Shown here piece by piece: positions 11,919 through 23,044 of a DNA stretch of 64,000 nt. The position numbers and the translations under genes were made by a program. Source of the DNA: Lepidodermella squamata (Eukaryota; Animalia; Gastrotricha); assembly GCA_047495785.1 (NCBI GenBank), contig JBLDXI010000038.1, positions 806,001 through 870,000 of the forward strand, written 5' to 3'. Below the pieces are notes generated by a model. The model was given only the letters and a program-made list of their open reading frames with translations, had not been told where the DNA came from and did not search any database. The stretch's first letter is position 1. Each line of letters begins with the position of its first letter.

Positions 11919-14900
11919 TCATGATATTTTGTGGTAACGCGGAAGAAAGTCCAGCAGGGGGAGGCCTTCAAAACCAGGCGCATGGCTCATTTGATTTGGG
12001 TTTATGCCGGGTATGATCGGCGTGGAAGGCCATCGCAAGGTCTGGGCGAATGGCGCCCCGGCGAACCAGATCAACGGCAGCGTCAGCAATACTATGCCGA
12101 GTAGCAATAAACAGTAAACCGACAGTATTCCGAGGGGCCGGCAGACAACTTCGCCTGCTGATTGCACCTTAGCGGCTAATTCATTGCATCGTCCTGTCTC
12201 GTCTCTCGCGAGTATTGCTTCGAAGTCTCCCATTTTTTTCCGCGCGACGACTTCGACGTAATTTCCGAGGTCCCTCGATGCATCCAATAGCACTGTTTTG
12301 AAATGACCCCCACTGCCCATTATCTTTTTGGCGATTTTGTCTATCCGATCGGATATGTTGACTGCTGCGGCATTCGCAATTTTCAGTCGTTGATCGATCG
12401 AGCGAGCTGAGCGGGTGAGTCTTTGCAGCTTCTGACTGATGAGATCGCCTTGGCACTCGCGATCAAAAGTTCTGATCGCTTCGAGATGATCAGAACCGAT
12501 TTCACGAGCAACCAAAAATGAAAGCCGCGCAGCGCTAGCACCATTAGCAATGAGAGAGATTTCATTTTCCGACGGGTATCGTGGTCTAAAAAATAATGAA
12601 ACATGATATTTTAATACACAAAGCGTGGCAAAACAACTGACATTTCCCAGCTTCCAAATTGCAAATCCGTCAGCTCTCGAAGCGAGTTCCGCAACTGCTC
12701 GCTTGGCTGGTCAATGCCGTCTAGACGCGACTCAATTTTCAGGATAGCATCATTTGTCGCCTCCTTCAACTCGGCTCGAATGCTTTTGATCAGCCGATCC
12801 GCCAACATGGATTGCGGCAGTTGGAGTTGCAGGGCTTGCATCAGCGATTCGTTTTTGCTGCATCGATCCAGGGCGGTGCCAAATGAAAACCTCCAGGTCT
12901 CCGCATGCGAGCTGCTATTGCATTTAAAAACGACACTAGGTATTTATTTATCAACGAAATAAAACTCACCTCGAGCTTGCAAATATCAATTCAGGTGGCC
13001 AATCTGAGTTGTTGTGGCTACCGCTTTCGAAGTCGCCTTGCAAAAGAGCTTGAGTAACAAAATCATCCACAAGACGGAACATCTGCGAGCTGCCGGGGTG
13101 GTTGATGGGCCGGCAAACTTCTGAATGGCCGAGTGCAGTGACTAGAAAGAGTGCAAGACATGCTACCGCTAGCACCGTGGCAAAGAGAAATGAAATCGCA
13201 ATGGCACTCATTGCGAAGCAACTGGCTCGTTTGTAATACGACTTGCCGGCGCAGCAGGCCAGGAGGGAGAAGCCAATGAACAGCACCAGGCAGCCGATGA
13301 CCGATGCTACGCCCATCAAGCCGTAGAACGTGTGGTCGAGAACAGGGCGTACGTAGCTAGCCACCAGGGGCTGGTTGGTCCCCGCATCGCTCTTTGACGT
13401 CGGCTCACTACACACGAGCGCAATGACCTGTTCAGAGGCTGATGCGGCCAGTCTGTCTGTCCTACGCTTCAATACATCAGCTGCAGCGCCCAATGACGAG
13501 TTCAGGGTCGAAAAAACTGAACGCCGAACCGAAGAACCGCTAGCGATTCTGTAAGCCTCGGCTTGGATTTTGTCCAGTTCTCTCGCGTACGCGTTCAGTA
13601 AGGCTTCAGCCTTATCGCCAATCCTCCTTTGTTCGAGACCCCGAATTTTTCCCTCATCAAGTTTCGGAATGACATCAAGCTTTTTCTTGACTTGCGAAGG
13701 AACGTCTAAAACTCGTAGCTCTTGCATCAACTCCTGCGAGCACTCACGTGCTACGGTTTCCGAGCAGGCCGAGCTGATGTCTGCAACTAGTCTTTGCGCA
13801 TTAAAAACGCAGGTTTCAGCTTGCTGCTTTGCATCATTGTGATTTTCGATCAAATCTGTCATGTCCTTCACAAGAGATGTAACATTTTGCTGCAGATGCC
13901 GAGTCTCCTCGAGAGTTCCGTTCGCACCGCCAAGCCAGTCGATATCCAAGTAATGGGAAAGTCGTTTGATTAGATCTTTAACGCCAGCCATCATGCTCTC
14001 AGTCAGATCCTCGACGTGCCGCCGTAGAATGGATGCATAAGCGTCACCCAACTGCTGCACCGCCTCAATCGTATCCAGTGCAGCAGCGCCTAAGCGCTCC
14101 GTGACCAAGTAGGACTCGGATGGATCTGCTGTTTCAGTGAAAATAAAAAAGGTAAAGGTCGATTGCGATTCTGAGAACAATTGGGGATCACCCGAGAAAT
14201 ATAACTATTCCGGGGAAACGGCCCTTCAAAGAGTTTAAAACGAATTCTACACTACGACGCCGAATCATGGAAATTCCAACGAAGTCAGAAAAAAGCAACA
14301 CAGACGCCTGATGTGGGGTCTCGAATTCAAATCAGTAAATGAAAATAACAGGATTGATTTTGGAATTTATTATAATTTATAATTTTGAGAGCAAAGGGTA
14401 TAGTGTGGTTCTATACGATCTCGTCTGTTTCTAACTTACATGTTCTGCCGTTTTTGTTGGTGTTGTATGCAGATAAGGTGGCCTCCGAAGCGGCTTCGAT
14501 GGAAGATGTTGAAGTAGTATTAAAACGGAATATAACGGCACTGATGAAACAGCCGAGACAAGCGCCCATAACACAAAGGAGTAAAACGAAGAAAATGAAG
14601 CCGCAGCCGCCACGGCGACATCCGTTTTTCGACGATGTCGAGTAAATGTCGCCGCGATAACCATAACAGCAGCTCTTACAACAGCATCGGCAGCAGCAGA
14701 AAAAGAAACCCGCTATTGGCCATATCGCGGCAATTATAATGAGCAACAAGGCAATGACCGTGTAGCCTGTATAGTAGGAAACGATGCGCCACGTCGCTGG
14801 GCCGACTGGATTTGCTAAAATGTCGCGATATGTCACGCTGATGTTGCCTACAGCGTTGACAAAGAGATCTGTGCGGGGCTGAAGCTGGTCATAGAACCAA

Positions 14901-15100
14901 GTAGACGCAAACAATAACGGGTCCAGAGAGATTTCCAAGTTGGATTTCGGCAGAGGCGGGGGGCTTACAAAGGAAGATGTCGGCCTTCCAGAATCACTGC
15001 TGCTAGAAGCGGGAAGGCGTTGGCATGATGATTCCACACAGAAAGCAGGCGAAAAATATTGAATCGCGACAGTGGATAGAATCAAAATATAAAAAACCAT
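11919..15100 (-). CDS. PROM1: Prominin (CD133-family) pentaspan membrane protein
   Basis: Signal peptide, TM1 followed by Cys-rich FFCCCRCCC, TM2, large loop, TM3/4, GHSEVCRP, second large loop, then VCRPL preceding TM5. Exons approximately 15100-14440, 14128-12970, ~12915-12615 and ~12585-11919. Confidence 0.88.
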
Positions 15101-15201
15101 CTTAACCAGCCCTACAAAATTAAAGAAAAAGTGTAAACAAATAAGAACTACATCGTAGTTGCATTAGTGGCTTCCATGGCACAAGACTAGAAAATCCGAT
15201 T

Positions 15202-15662
15202 TCACTGAGTTGGCTGGGGGAATTTGCTTAAAAATTGGTTGAGCTGCTTTGATGGTAATTTGCGACCAGCTGGCGCCGCGGCACCCCGACCGCCACTCGG
15301 GGTCAAAATGCCTTGTTCTTCTGCCAATTTTTGCGATCGTTTAGCGCGAATGTGAGCTTCGTTACATTTTTTGTACCTGTCGATTTCAACGTGGCAAGGT
15401 TTCTCGTCAAAATCATTTTCCTGCAAATCGCACTTTCAAATCCATGTTTTCAATAATTCGATTTGTCTACCTTAAAACATGAAAGCATAAGCATGAGCTC
15501 TTGCAAACATGCCGCGTCAGAACTGCGGTCGCCTTTCTTCGAGAGTGAAACTTCGTCTTTTAAAGCCGGGGGTAGTAATTCTTTATAAGGCGCGACGTAT
15601 TTGTAGTTTGTCCATTTCTTAACAACACCACGGGCAAACAATGGAACAGCAAGACTAGGCAT
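15202..15662 (-). CDS. CHCHD1: CHCH-domain protein 1 / mitoribosomal small-subunit protein mS37
   Basis: Two exons (15662-15471, 15420-15202; 50-bp intron). Twin CX9C (CLQELMLMLSC...CHVEIDRYKKC) and C-terminal QLNQFLSKFP. Confidence 0.88.
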
Positions 15663-16091
15663 GACAAATCACCGAATAAAAGAATTTCTAAATTAAAATT
15701 AAAATTAAAATTCATTCTAAAACGCTGTTTAAGCGCAAAATGTCAGGTAATGAGAGCTGTGAGAAATTAGTCACATTCGAGTATCACATAAGGAGGTGGC
15801 AACCTCGATGAGCAGAGTAAATTATGAAGACCACGTTGAAAGTTGGCAGACCTGGAAACAAAACGATAAATAAGCAGCGATAATGTTTGGAATATATATA
15901 CTTAAATTGGACACCATCGCCAGCGAAAGAACGGCCCCAGAGAGAAATCATACTTTTCCGCGTCAAAAGAATTTCCGGAAGCAATGAGGTATCATGTGGT
16001 GGCAACTGAGTTAGTCGATATTTTCCCAAGAGATATTGATCAATTGGATTTAATACAGCTGAATTATAAGCATATATTAGCCGCTATTTAG

Positions 16092-17317
16092 CTATTCCCA
16101 AATAAACAAATTCATACAAGATCTGAATATCCATGGCGATGACTCGATGCGGACGGCAGATGTCGACGGCAGTGTTGATGATCCGTTTAGGCCACTAGTA
16201 TGCACACAAGCGGCAGAAAAAATAGCATTCTCTTTTAGTTGGTTATGCAGATGTAATAGCTTGCGCATGGCGCAGAGAAACCAAAAGGCGTCACATGCAG
16301 GCATTAGATGGAGGTTTGACTGCTCCTGAGATTTCCCAAAATATGAATCGCGTAGCCAATAAATGAAATCGCTAAGTCTAAGTAATTCCGACATTTCATC
16401 CGAAGAATCTTCTGCTTCCTAATAAAAAATCTACGTATTATATAGACCTAAATCGATGTCGCTAATAAGGCATACATTTTGTTTGATTGCAGCTAATTTT
16501 GCATCGAATCCACTTCGCGCTTTATCGGCAGAATCTCTATCAGTCAAAGCATGTTTCTGCAACATCCAGCAGTCCTCAAACATTTTTTGCATTTTTCCCA
16601 ATTCTTTCAAGAAGCTATTTGGCGAGCTTACGCCACCCACTGAGATGCTGAAAACATATAAAGAGCTAATTGTTTGGGGCGATTAGACAAATCGACTTTG
16701 ACTAACCAAGGGTCTTTCCGTCTTGCACTGACAGCCGTTGGACTCTCTTTAATTTCCGGTATATTAACTAATAACTCAAGTTCTTTCTTCAAGCGTGTCG
16801 CATCGCTTGCCGGAGAGGCGTTGGCCTTCCCTGACGATTTCGAGGCGCATTTCGCAGATCCTCTACTAGACTCTGACAATAACTTCACAGCCTTGACTTG
16901 ATTAGCAAGTGGCTTGACTTTTGGCTTGGCCATGGCTGCGTTCGATGTAGTCTTAGCTTTAGCAGAGATGTTTTCTTTGGCCTGGTTAATCGATTAGTAT
17001 AGAGAGAGAGCAAAATCCAAAGATATGCGTTTAATTTAACCTTGTTGATAACTTTCTCAGCCATAATCATCATTTCAGCGGCCTGTTCAATTTTTTTAGC
17101 CACATCAGCATCATTGCTTGCAGGCAAATTCGGCGGAGCCTCCTCTGAGAGATCCTCAACAGTTTTCCTAGGATAATTTGGAAAATGCTATCAACAAACG
17201 CAAGGCGACACAAAGCAAAATCTAAACCAACCTTAACGACGCAGACAAGTAATGCGAATCTAGGTTGAGAAAGACCAAGCGCTCCTTGAAGTAATTAAGA
17301 GCATCACTGTTATTCAT
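16092..17317 (-). CDS. Hypothetical protein; candidate remote homologue of tubulin epsilon and delta complex protein 2 (TEDC2/C16orf59)
   Basis: Multi-exon ORF chain with short GT-AG introns starting MNNSDALNYF. Segments LSASLR, IEQAAEMMIMAEKV, PNSFLK...ADKARSGF and PWIFRSCMNLF occur in the order of motifs recalled from TEDC2. Confidence 0.45.
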
Positions 17318-17974
17318 TCTAATAAGTATTACGGGATAAACGGATTTTAGCGGGCATTCATTATTGGATATGATTGGTCGCCTGACAACATTTTTAGGTT
17401 ATTTCATTTCTGGTTTCTCACTGAGTATGACATATGGCAACAAACGATTTAGATCAAAGTTTCATTAGATTTATAAAATTCGATAATGTTTAGTAAAACT
17501 GTCGATCAACTAAGTACGTGATCGCAGAAAGCCAACGAAATCTATGCAAAAGCGGGGAAAAGCGGGGAGTCGTAGCTACTAACCAGATTTAATCCAAACC
17601 GCTCAACCTTGGCCCGAAGGGGCACTGTAAACTTGGACCCAAGACCCAGAAGGCGGAATCACTCAGCTCAGCCAAAGATATTTCTCAAGCTAAGCAGACG
17701 AAAAAATGCAGGATGAGTTCGCACATAAGCGTACTGAGGCAACGATTTCCACGTTAATTTGTACAAAATATTTATTACTAATGAATAATATTGTCAAGAA
17801 TTTTAAATATAATTTCAAATTTTGAGTTTTAAATTTTTTCGCGGGGAAGCGCGCTAACAAATAAATAATTATTACTAGGAGTATTCCACTTGTCCAAGTG
17901 TCATGTGCGGAGCGCCTGCTAAAGTCCACGTCCAAGTCCAAGAAAAGAAACGTGCAGCCACAGTTACATAGATA

Positions 17975-18330
17975 ATATTTGCAGTCGTAGCGCTTTGAGC
18001 TTCGATTGGCAGGTTGTTGAGCAAAATCGCCCCGCGTAAGGGAGTGATTTTTACTCTGAGTGGAAGTGAAACTTGGGACGACAAGTGTTTGTGTGAACTG
18101 GCTACGTTTCATTGGTTGAGAATGATTAAAGACTTTGCGGCCGAAAAGAGACTGGCGAGGCTTTCTGGTGCCTCGCCGTTGATGCATCTCCATATAATAA
18201 TAATACCAGGGATGCTATAGGTGAACGTCGTGTTTACCTCACGTGGGAAGCCAGTTTGGAGCTTCTTTTGTAGTTGGCCAGCAGTCAGGTTTGAGTCAGA
18301 GGACTGCAATGCGCGTCGGTTTACTACACG
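17975..18330 (-). mobile_element. Degenerate 3' fragment of a CR1/L2-type non-LTR retrotransposon ORF2
   Basis: Broken reading frame LQKKL/NWLP...IIIWRCINGEAPESLASLF...LRGAILLNNLPIEAQSA matches the post-RT C-terminal pattern also seen at 41971-42327. Contains a frameshift and a stop. Confidence 0.6.
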
Positions 18331-19337
18331 GGTGACACACCGGCTATTACATATATTACATCACATGACCGTCATCTTGAACTTGCAAGGTTTCCCCTTT
18401 ATTCCTGACTCGTCACCCGCAAATATACCTAATCATGCGGACGAGACCCTAGACATTGAAATTCGAGACGGCTCAATTCACGGTTCTGACCAAACTGACG
18501 AACTTCTTATCTCATCTCTATAAGCCATGTCAAGCCAAAATTCATCGATGGCTTACCGTAGGCAGCCATTACCGAATATCTCATAATTATTAGCGCTAAG
18601 ATTCAATAAAATGTTCTTGCTATTCGGGCTGTAAAATCTTGGGTGTTGAAATAATAAACTCTTTAAAATTGGCCCATGGGTGATTTCCTGTGATTTTATG
18701 TTTGTCTCATCCCTCTATCTCGAATCTCTCTGGAAGTCCTCGAATAGGCCGAATGGCACCATGCGCCTTCGATGAGATACAGGTAACAGGTTTTACTGCA
18801 ACACGCAACACCAAATTTGACAGCTATGTTTGAGCCCTTATTACAGCTGTACGATATCATGAAATACTATGATTAGAGGTTTTATTATTTCTTTTATCGG
18901 TCCTCGTTTTTTTCAGAAAGAGGGTAAGCCTGACTTTTTGGCTCATTGCAGATTTGATGCTGAGATATCTGAAAATATGTGGAAATTTATGTGATAGTAA
19001 TGACTCCAATTTCTGAATGAATTTCTGATTCTGATTGAATATGGTAAGTGATACGTACGCGACTATTAATTCTAAGTAAAATAAATTCCATTTGTTCACT
19101 TAACATGTCTTTCGGTACTTTAAAATTTGTTGACTTTTGTTATAATGGTGTGTCCAAGTTTGACATAGTTTTAATAAGGAGTGACTTGGACATAAACATT
19201 TTCGTTTACTGCTGCTACCAATTCTCAATGATCAATTGTCGTGAACATGATGGTGGACTCCAAATAATCGTCCAATGTCGTAATCAAAAATCATAATATA
19301 CCTAATATTTATCGAAGAGTACGACGAACAACAAACA

Positions 19338-19681
19338 ATTAGCTCTAATTTCGGACTGCGCCTAAATAATACGGATCCCTTATTTCGGAAACATCAAGGT
19401 AAACTTCAACCCAGCTAAATTTGGTGTCGTTCGAAAGCCCTCCAGGAGCTGATGGCGAATGTCATTCATTTTTTAGGTTTGTTTATCTGAGTTTCACTCA
19501 TTTATATCACCTTGAAACTCGCATAAATAAGCCTAAATTATACTTAGTCGGCCGAACTATTGATATTCGTCATAAGCTATCATGGAGAGCTTTCGAACGA
19601 TACCAAATTTGGCTGGGTTGACGTGTACCTTGATGTGTCCAAAATTAGGGACCCTACAAACTGTCCGAAATTTGAGCTATT
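19338..19681. mobile_element. MITE with long, diverged terminal inverted repeats (~125 bp)
   Basis: 19378-19463 is an imperfect reverse complement of 19561-19650 (e.g. CAACCCAGCTAAATTTGGTGTCGTTCGAAAGC vs GCTTTCGAACGATACCAAATTTGGCTGGGTTG). The outer ends AGCTCTAATTTCGGAC / GTCCGAAATTTGAGCT also pair. Confidence 0.8.
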
Positions 19682-21050
19682 CACTCTATTAAGGGTAGTA
19701 CCAAGCTAGAAAGGCATGTGTGGCTATATAGCAGTTTCCAGTGCAGTGTTTTTTAAGCGGCATGTTACACAGGCTACAATGTAAATTCGTTTGTAACAAC
19801 CAATCGTTTGCTTAAAAAACCCTAAGTGTTGCGAAACATGAGCTAGACCTGACCTTATTACGATGCCTCAATTTCACATCAAATTCAATAAAAAGCTGAC
19901 AACTGTTCAACCTTTGTATGAAGATAATCTCAACAACCTCACTTCAGAGTATTCAGGTTTTTCATCCTTTTTCCACTCCAACAACTGTCAATTGTCATGA
20001 GCAGGCATCCACAACTGGATTTTGACTATCGTACTGTCTGTAGTCATTCGCACTTTTTTAAGAACTATTTGTGAGAAATTATCATTCTTTTAGAGACCAA
20101 ATTTCAACTTACAATATCTATTTTCTAAATACCCTGTTGTTAGATATTGTATTGACACATAATTCTGACGTCACCAGGCTTCCAGAATCATGGCTGTGTA
20201 GTACACCAGTGACAGTGTTGCCCAAACACTGACTTCTGACCTTTGAGTCATTTAGAATCTTTTTTCGTTTTACATTGGTCCCGCTGGGTTCCATTCCTTA
20301 CCGATACGATTGGTCTAGATTTACGGCTGGAATCGTACCTAAACAAAACCACGAGATCTTGGATACCGCTTGACTCCAATGTCCAGTGTTACTCCCATTT
20401 GTATGCCATTTGTGACTCGGTGATCCGGTAAGTACCATCTCATCCTGAAGGACATACCGACGAGCAAGATCTCTGTTGGGGCAGCTAATTCCCATTTTTC
20501 AATTTTTATTTCAACTTGAATTTAATTTCACTGACAGTTAACTATTGCTATAGCAGTGAACTTGGTCGCGGAGGATACAGCTACCGACAGCTAACTTGAG
20601 TCGTCTCTCTCAAACTACGACAACCTTGAGTCGTTTAGGTTTTCTTTTGCGCGCGCTCAATGATTCAAGGTCATGCCTATTTTATTTCCTCATGAAAATA
20701 TTATTTTTGTTTTTAGTTGTTTCATTTTTGTTGACGGGATAATAATTTTTTTGTGTTTTATTTTTTGAGAAGGTTTTGGGTCTCGATTTGTGTGCGTTTC
20801 TTGGGTTGAAGAGCGACTGTAGGTGCTCCGCGCTTCGCGCTCCGCAACAATTATTTAAGGAAAGGAAAGGAAGAGAGCGGCGGCGTTGAGCGAAAACCGT
20901 ACTGAATGAAAAAGTGCCAGGAACAGAAAGAAGCACGTGCTAAACGCCCACCCAAGTTCGCCCTCCTTCGGCCAGGAGTCACCAGCAACCACTTTGTTAC
21001 TTCAGCGAGTTTCTTTCTATCTCACGTAGACTACCGGCCGCCACCTCCAC

Positions 21051-21469
21051 CATGAGACGTACCAGGACGCAGCGGCTTCGAAGCTCCCGTTATCCGGGTT
21101 TGCGTAAAAAATCACGTGATGTGTTTAGCATAAGTGTGCATAATAATTACTTTCGATGGCAAATTTTTTATTTATTAAAAAATAAAATTGCCATCGAAAA
21201 TAAAAATTATAATTGAAAACATAATAACTGATATTTTCGCGGCCCGCCGTTTTCTTGACGATCGAGATATCTTCATGCAGCTGCAAAAAAGCTGATCTTT
21301 GCGTAAATACGTGATTTTCATGAATGAGATTTTTTGCTGGTCGCAGAAGAAAAATAACGTTCGCTGCTAATGAGGTTATTTTTAGCTACAACGACCTTCG
21401 GACCTTAATAAAAAATGACACAAAAATCAGGCATTTAAATCGAGGCGCTGCGTCCTGGTACGTCTCATG
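21051..21469. mobile_element. Non-autonomous DNA transposon (P-element/hAT-like MITE) with 24-bp perfect TIRs and 8-bp TSD
   Basis: TIR CATGAGACGTACCAGGACGCAGCG at 21051-21074 and its reverse complement at 21446-21469. TSD ACCTCCAC at 21043-21050 and 21470-21477. Confidence 0.92.
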
Positions 21470-23044
21470 ACCTCCACAGCCTAGCGGACAATTAAGATTA
21501 ACTTCAGCGAAGCCAACCGATTGGGATATGTTTAACTCAGGCAATCACTACAGACATTCCGTATCTTAGTCGATGATCACCGAGCTGAGCAAGTTCCATA
21601 ACGATATGCCTCGCTGCAACATCCAGGCCACGGGCCAGCACGGGCCCCTCTGTGCCAAGAGCCAGGAAAGGACGCTACTCATGTCACAGGATCACCCATC
21701 ACCCAGATCACGTTTAGGGGGTGACAAGAGCATGGTTTGTGCGGGAGTCGGGAGGTTTGTCAGAGCAGATAAATAAATAATAAATACCGGTGTGAAATGA
21801 AGGGAAAAAGGAACGAATACCTAAATGATTTCAAATTGAGTACCTACGTTTACGAGATTCGATCTGAATTCTTGAATACTTGAATGAGTACCTAATACTT
21901 GAATTCCAATGGAAAACGAGATTCGGTGTCAAAATCGGAAATTCGGTAATTTAATATGCTAAGTGGTAAATTGATGGTTCTTTTTGCATAAAATTTGGCA
22001 TTTGACAAAGTTTATTTTGGCCAATCATACCCGGGTTCTATTTGACATCGATTTCCCGCAAATCACTCCTAAAGGTATCGATCGGCGCAAATCCTTCGAT
22101 TTCAATCGATCGATATCGATCTGATTACCCCCTTGATATGGATATCGTTGGATAGGAAATTTTATATAGATTCGGGAAGGTTCGGGAAGTTATATAGCGT
22201 CTTTTGGTGAGTTTTGGTGATAAAACCTTGATGGAAATTGCCTATTACGGGCAGGGTTCCGGAAAATTTTCAATTGGGAAAATCTGGTGCTGATTGAAGT
22301 CAGCAGAAGGTTCCGATCAGAATACATCGGCGAGCAGACTCTTCCCAACCGAGTGAATTCATTCTCCGTTTAGTTATTACCTATATATAATGCCCAATCG
22401 ATAGGAAAAGCCGCATCTTGAAAACATCTTCCAACGGCATTCTGCCTTCTGCCAGAATTGAGCCTTTACGTATAGTTAGCGTATTGGTTTCTCGTTTTTG
22501 GGATATAGGTGTCATGTTATGCCTGGCATGGCGGTTGTCCCTTTTATCCTGTCACAGTGATGGCACCTAGCGCGTCAGCATGCTTAAATTTGTCTCTGAG
22601 TAAAAATCGCTGATTCTTGAGGTGTACCTACCTAATTATTTTCTTATCAAAAACACATAGGCAGATTTAGCGGCCACAATCCAGGTAACGATGCTAACCT
22701 GAACAGGTAGATGCCACCTGATCATTGAACAGCACCAATCGATTCTCCGAACATGAATAACGTAGAAATCCGTAGAATATCCTAGCCAGTATTACAGCCG
22801 GTATTACCCAGAAATACGTCCACCTTTAATGTTATTTATCTGTGGCATTTCATGATAGAATTGTCGTCGAGTTCGACGTTAAGTTAGTATATTTTGATTC
22901 TTGACTGTCATGCATTTTCTGTTGTATTCCATATGATTGTAGCAAATTTATTAGCAATGTGCGTAAACCTTGATACAAACAATTATTTCATTAGTGGTAG
23001 GTGCAGCGTTATGAAAACGTAACAAACTAAACAACAGAAGAATG

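Noticed and set aside
18109-18309. SLFSAAK read as a hAT dimerisation-domain motif
   Set aside because: The surrounding residues fit the LINE ORF2 C-terminus better, paralleling 41971-42327.
20298-20495. ORF with GHWSQAV resembling the CAP-domain GHxTQ motif
   Set aside because: Isolated short match with no other CAP motifs or exon structure.
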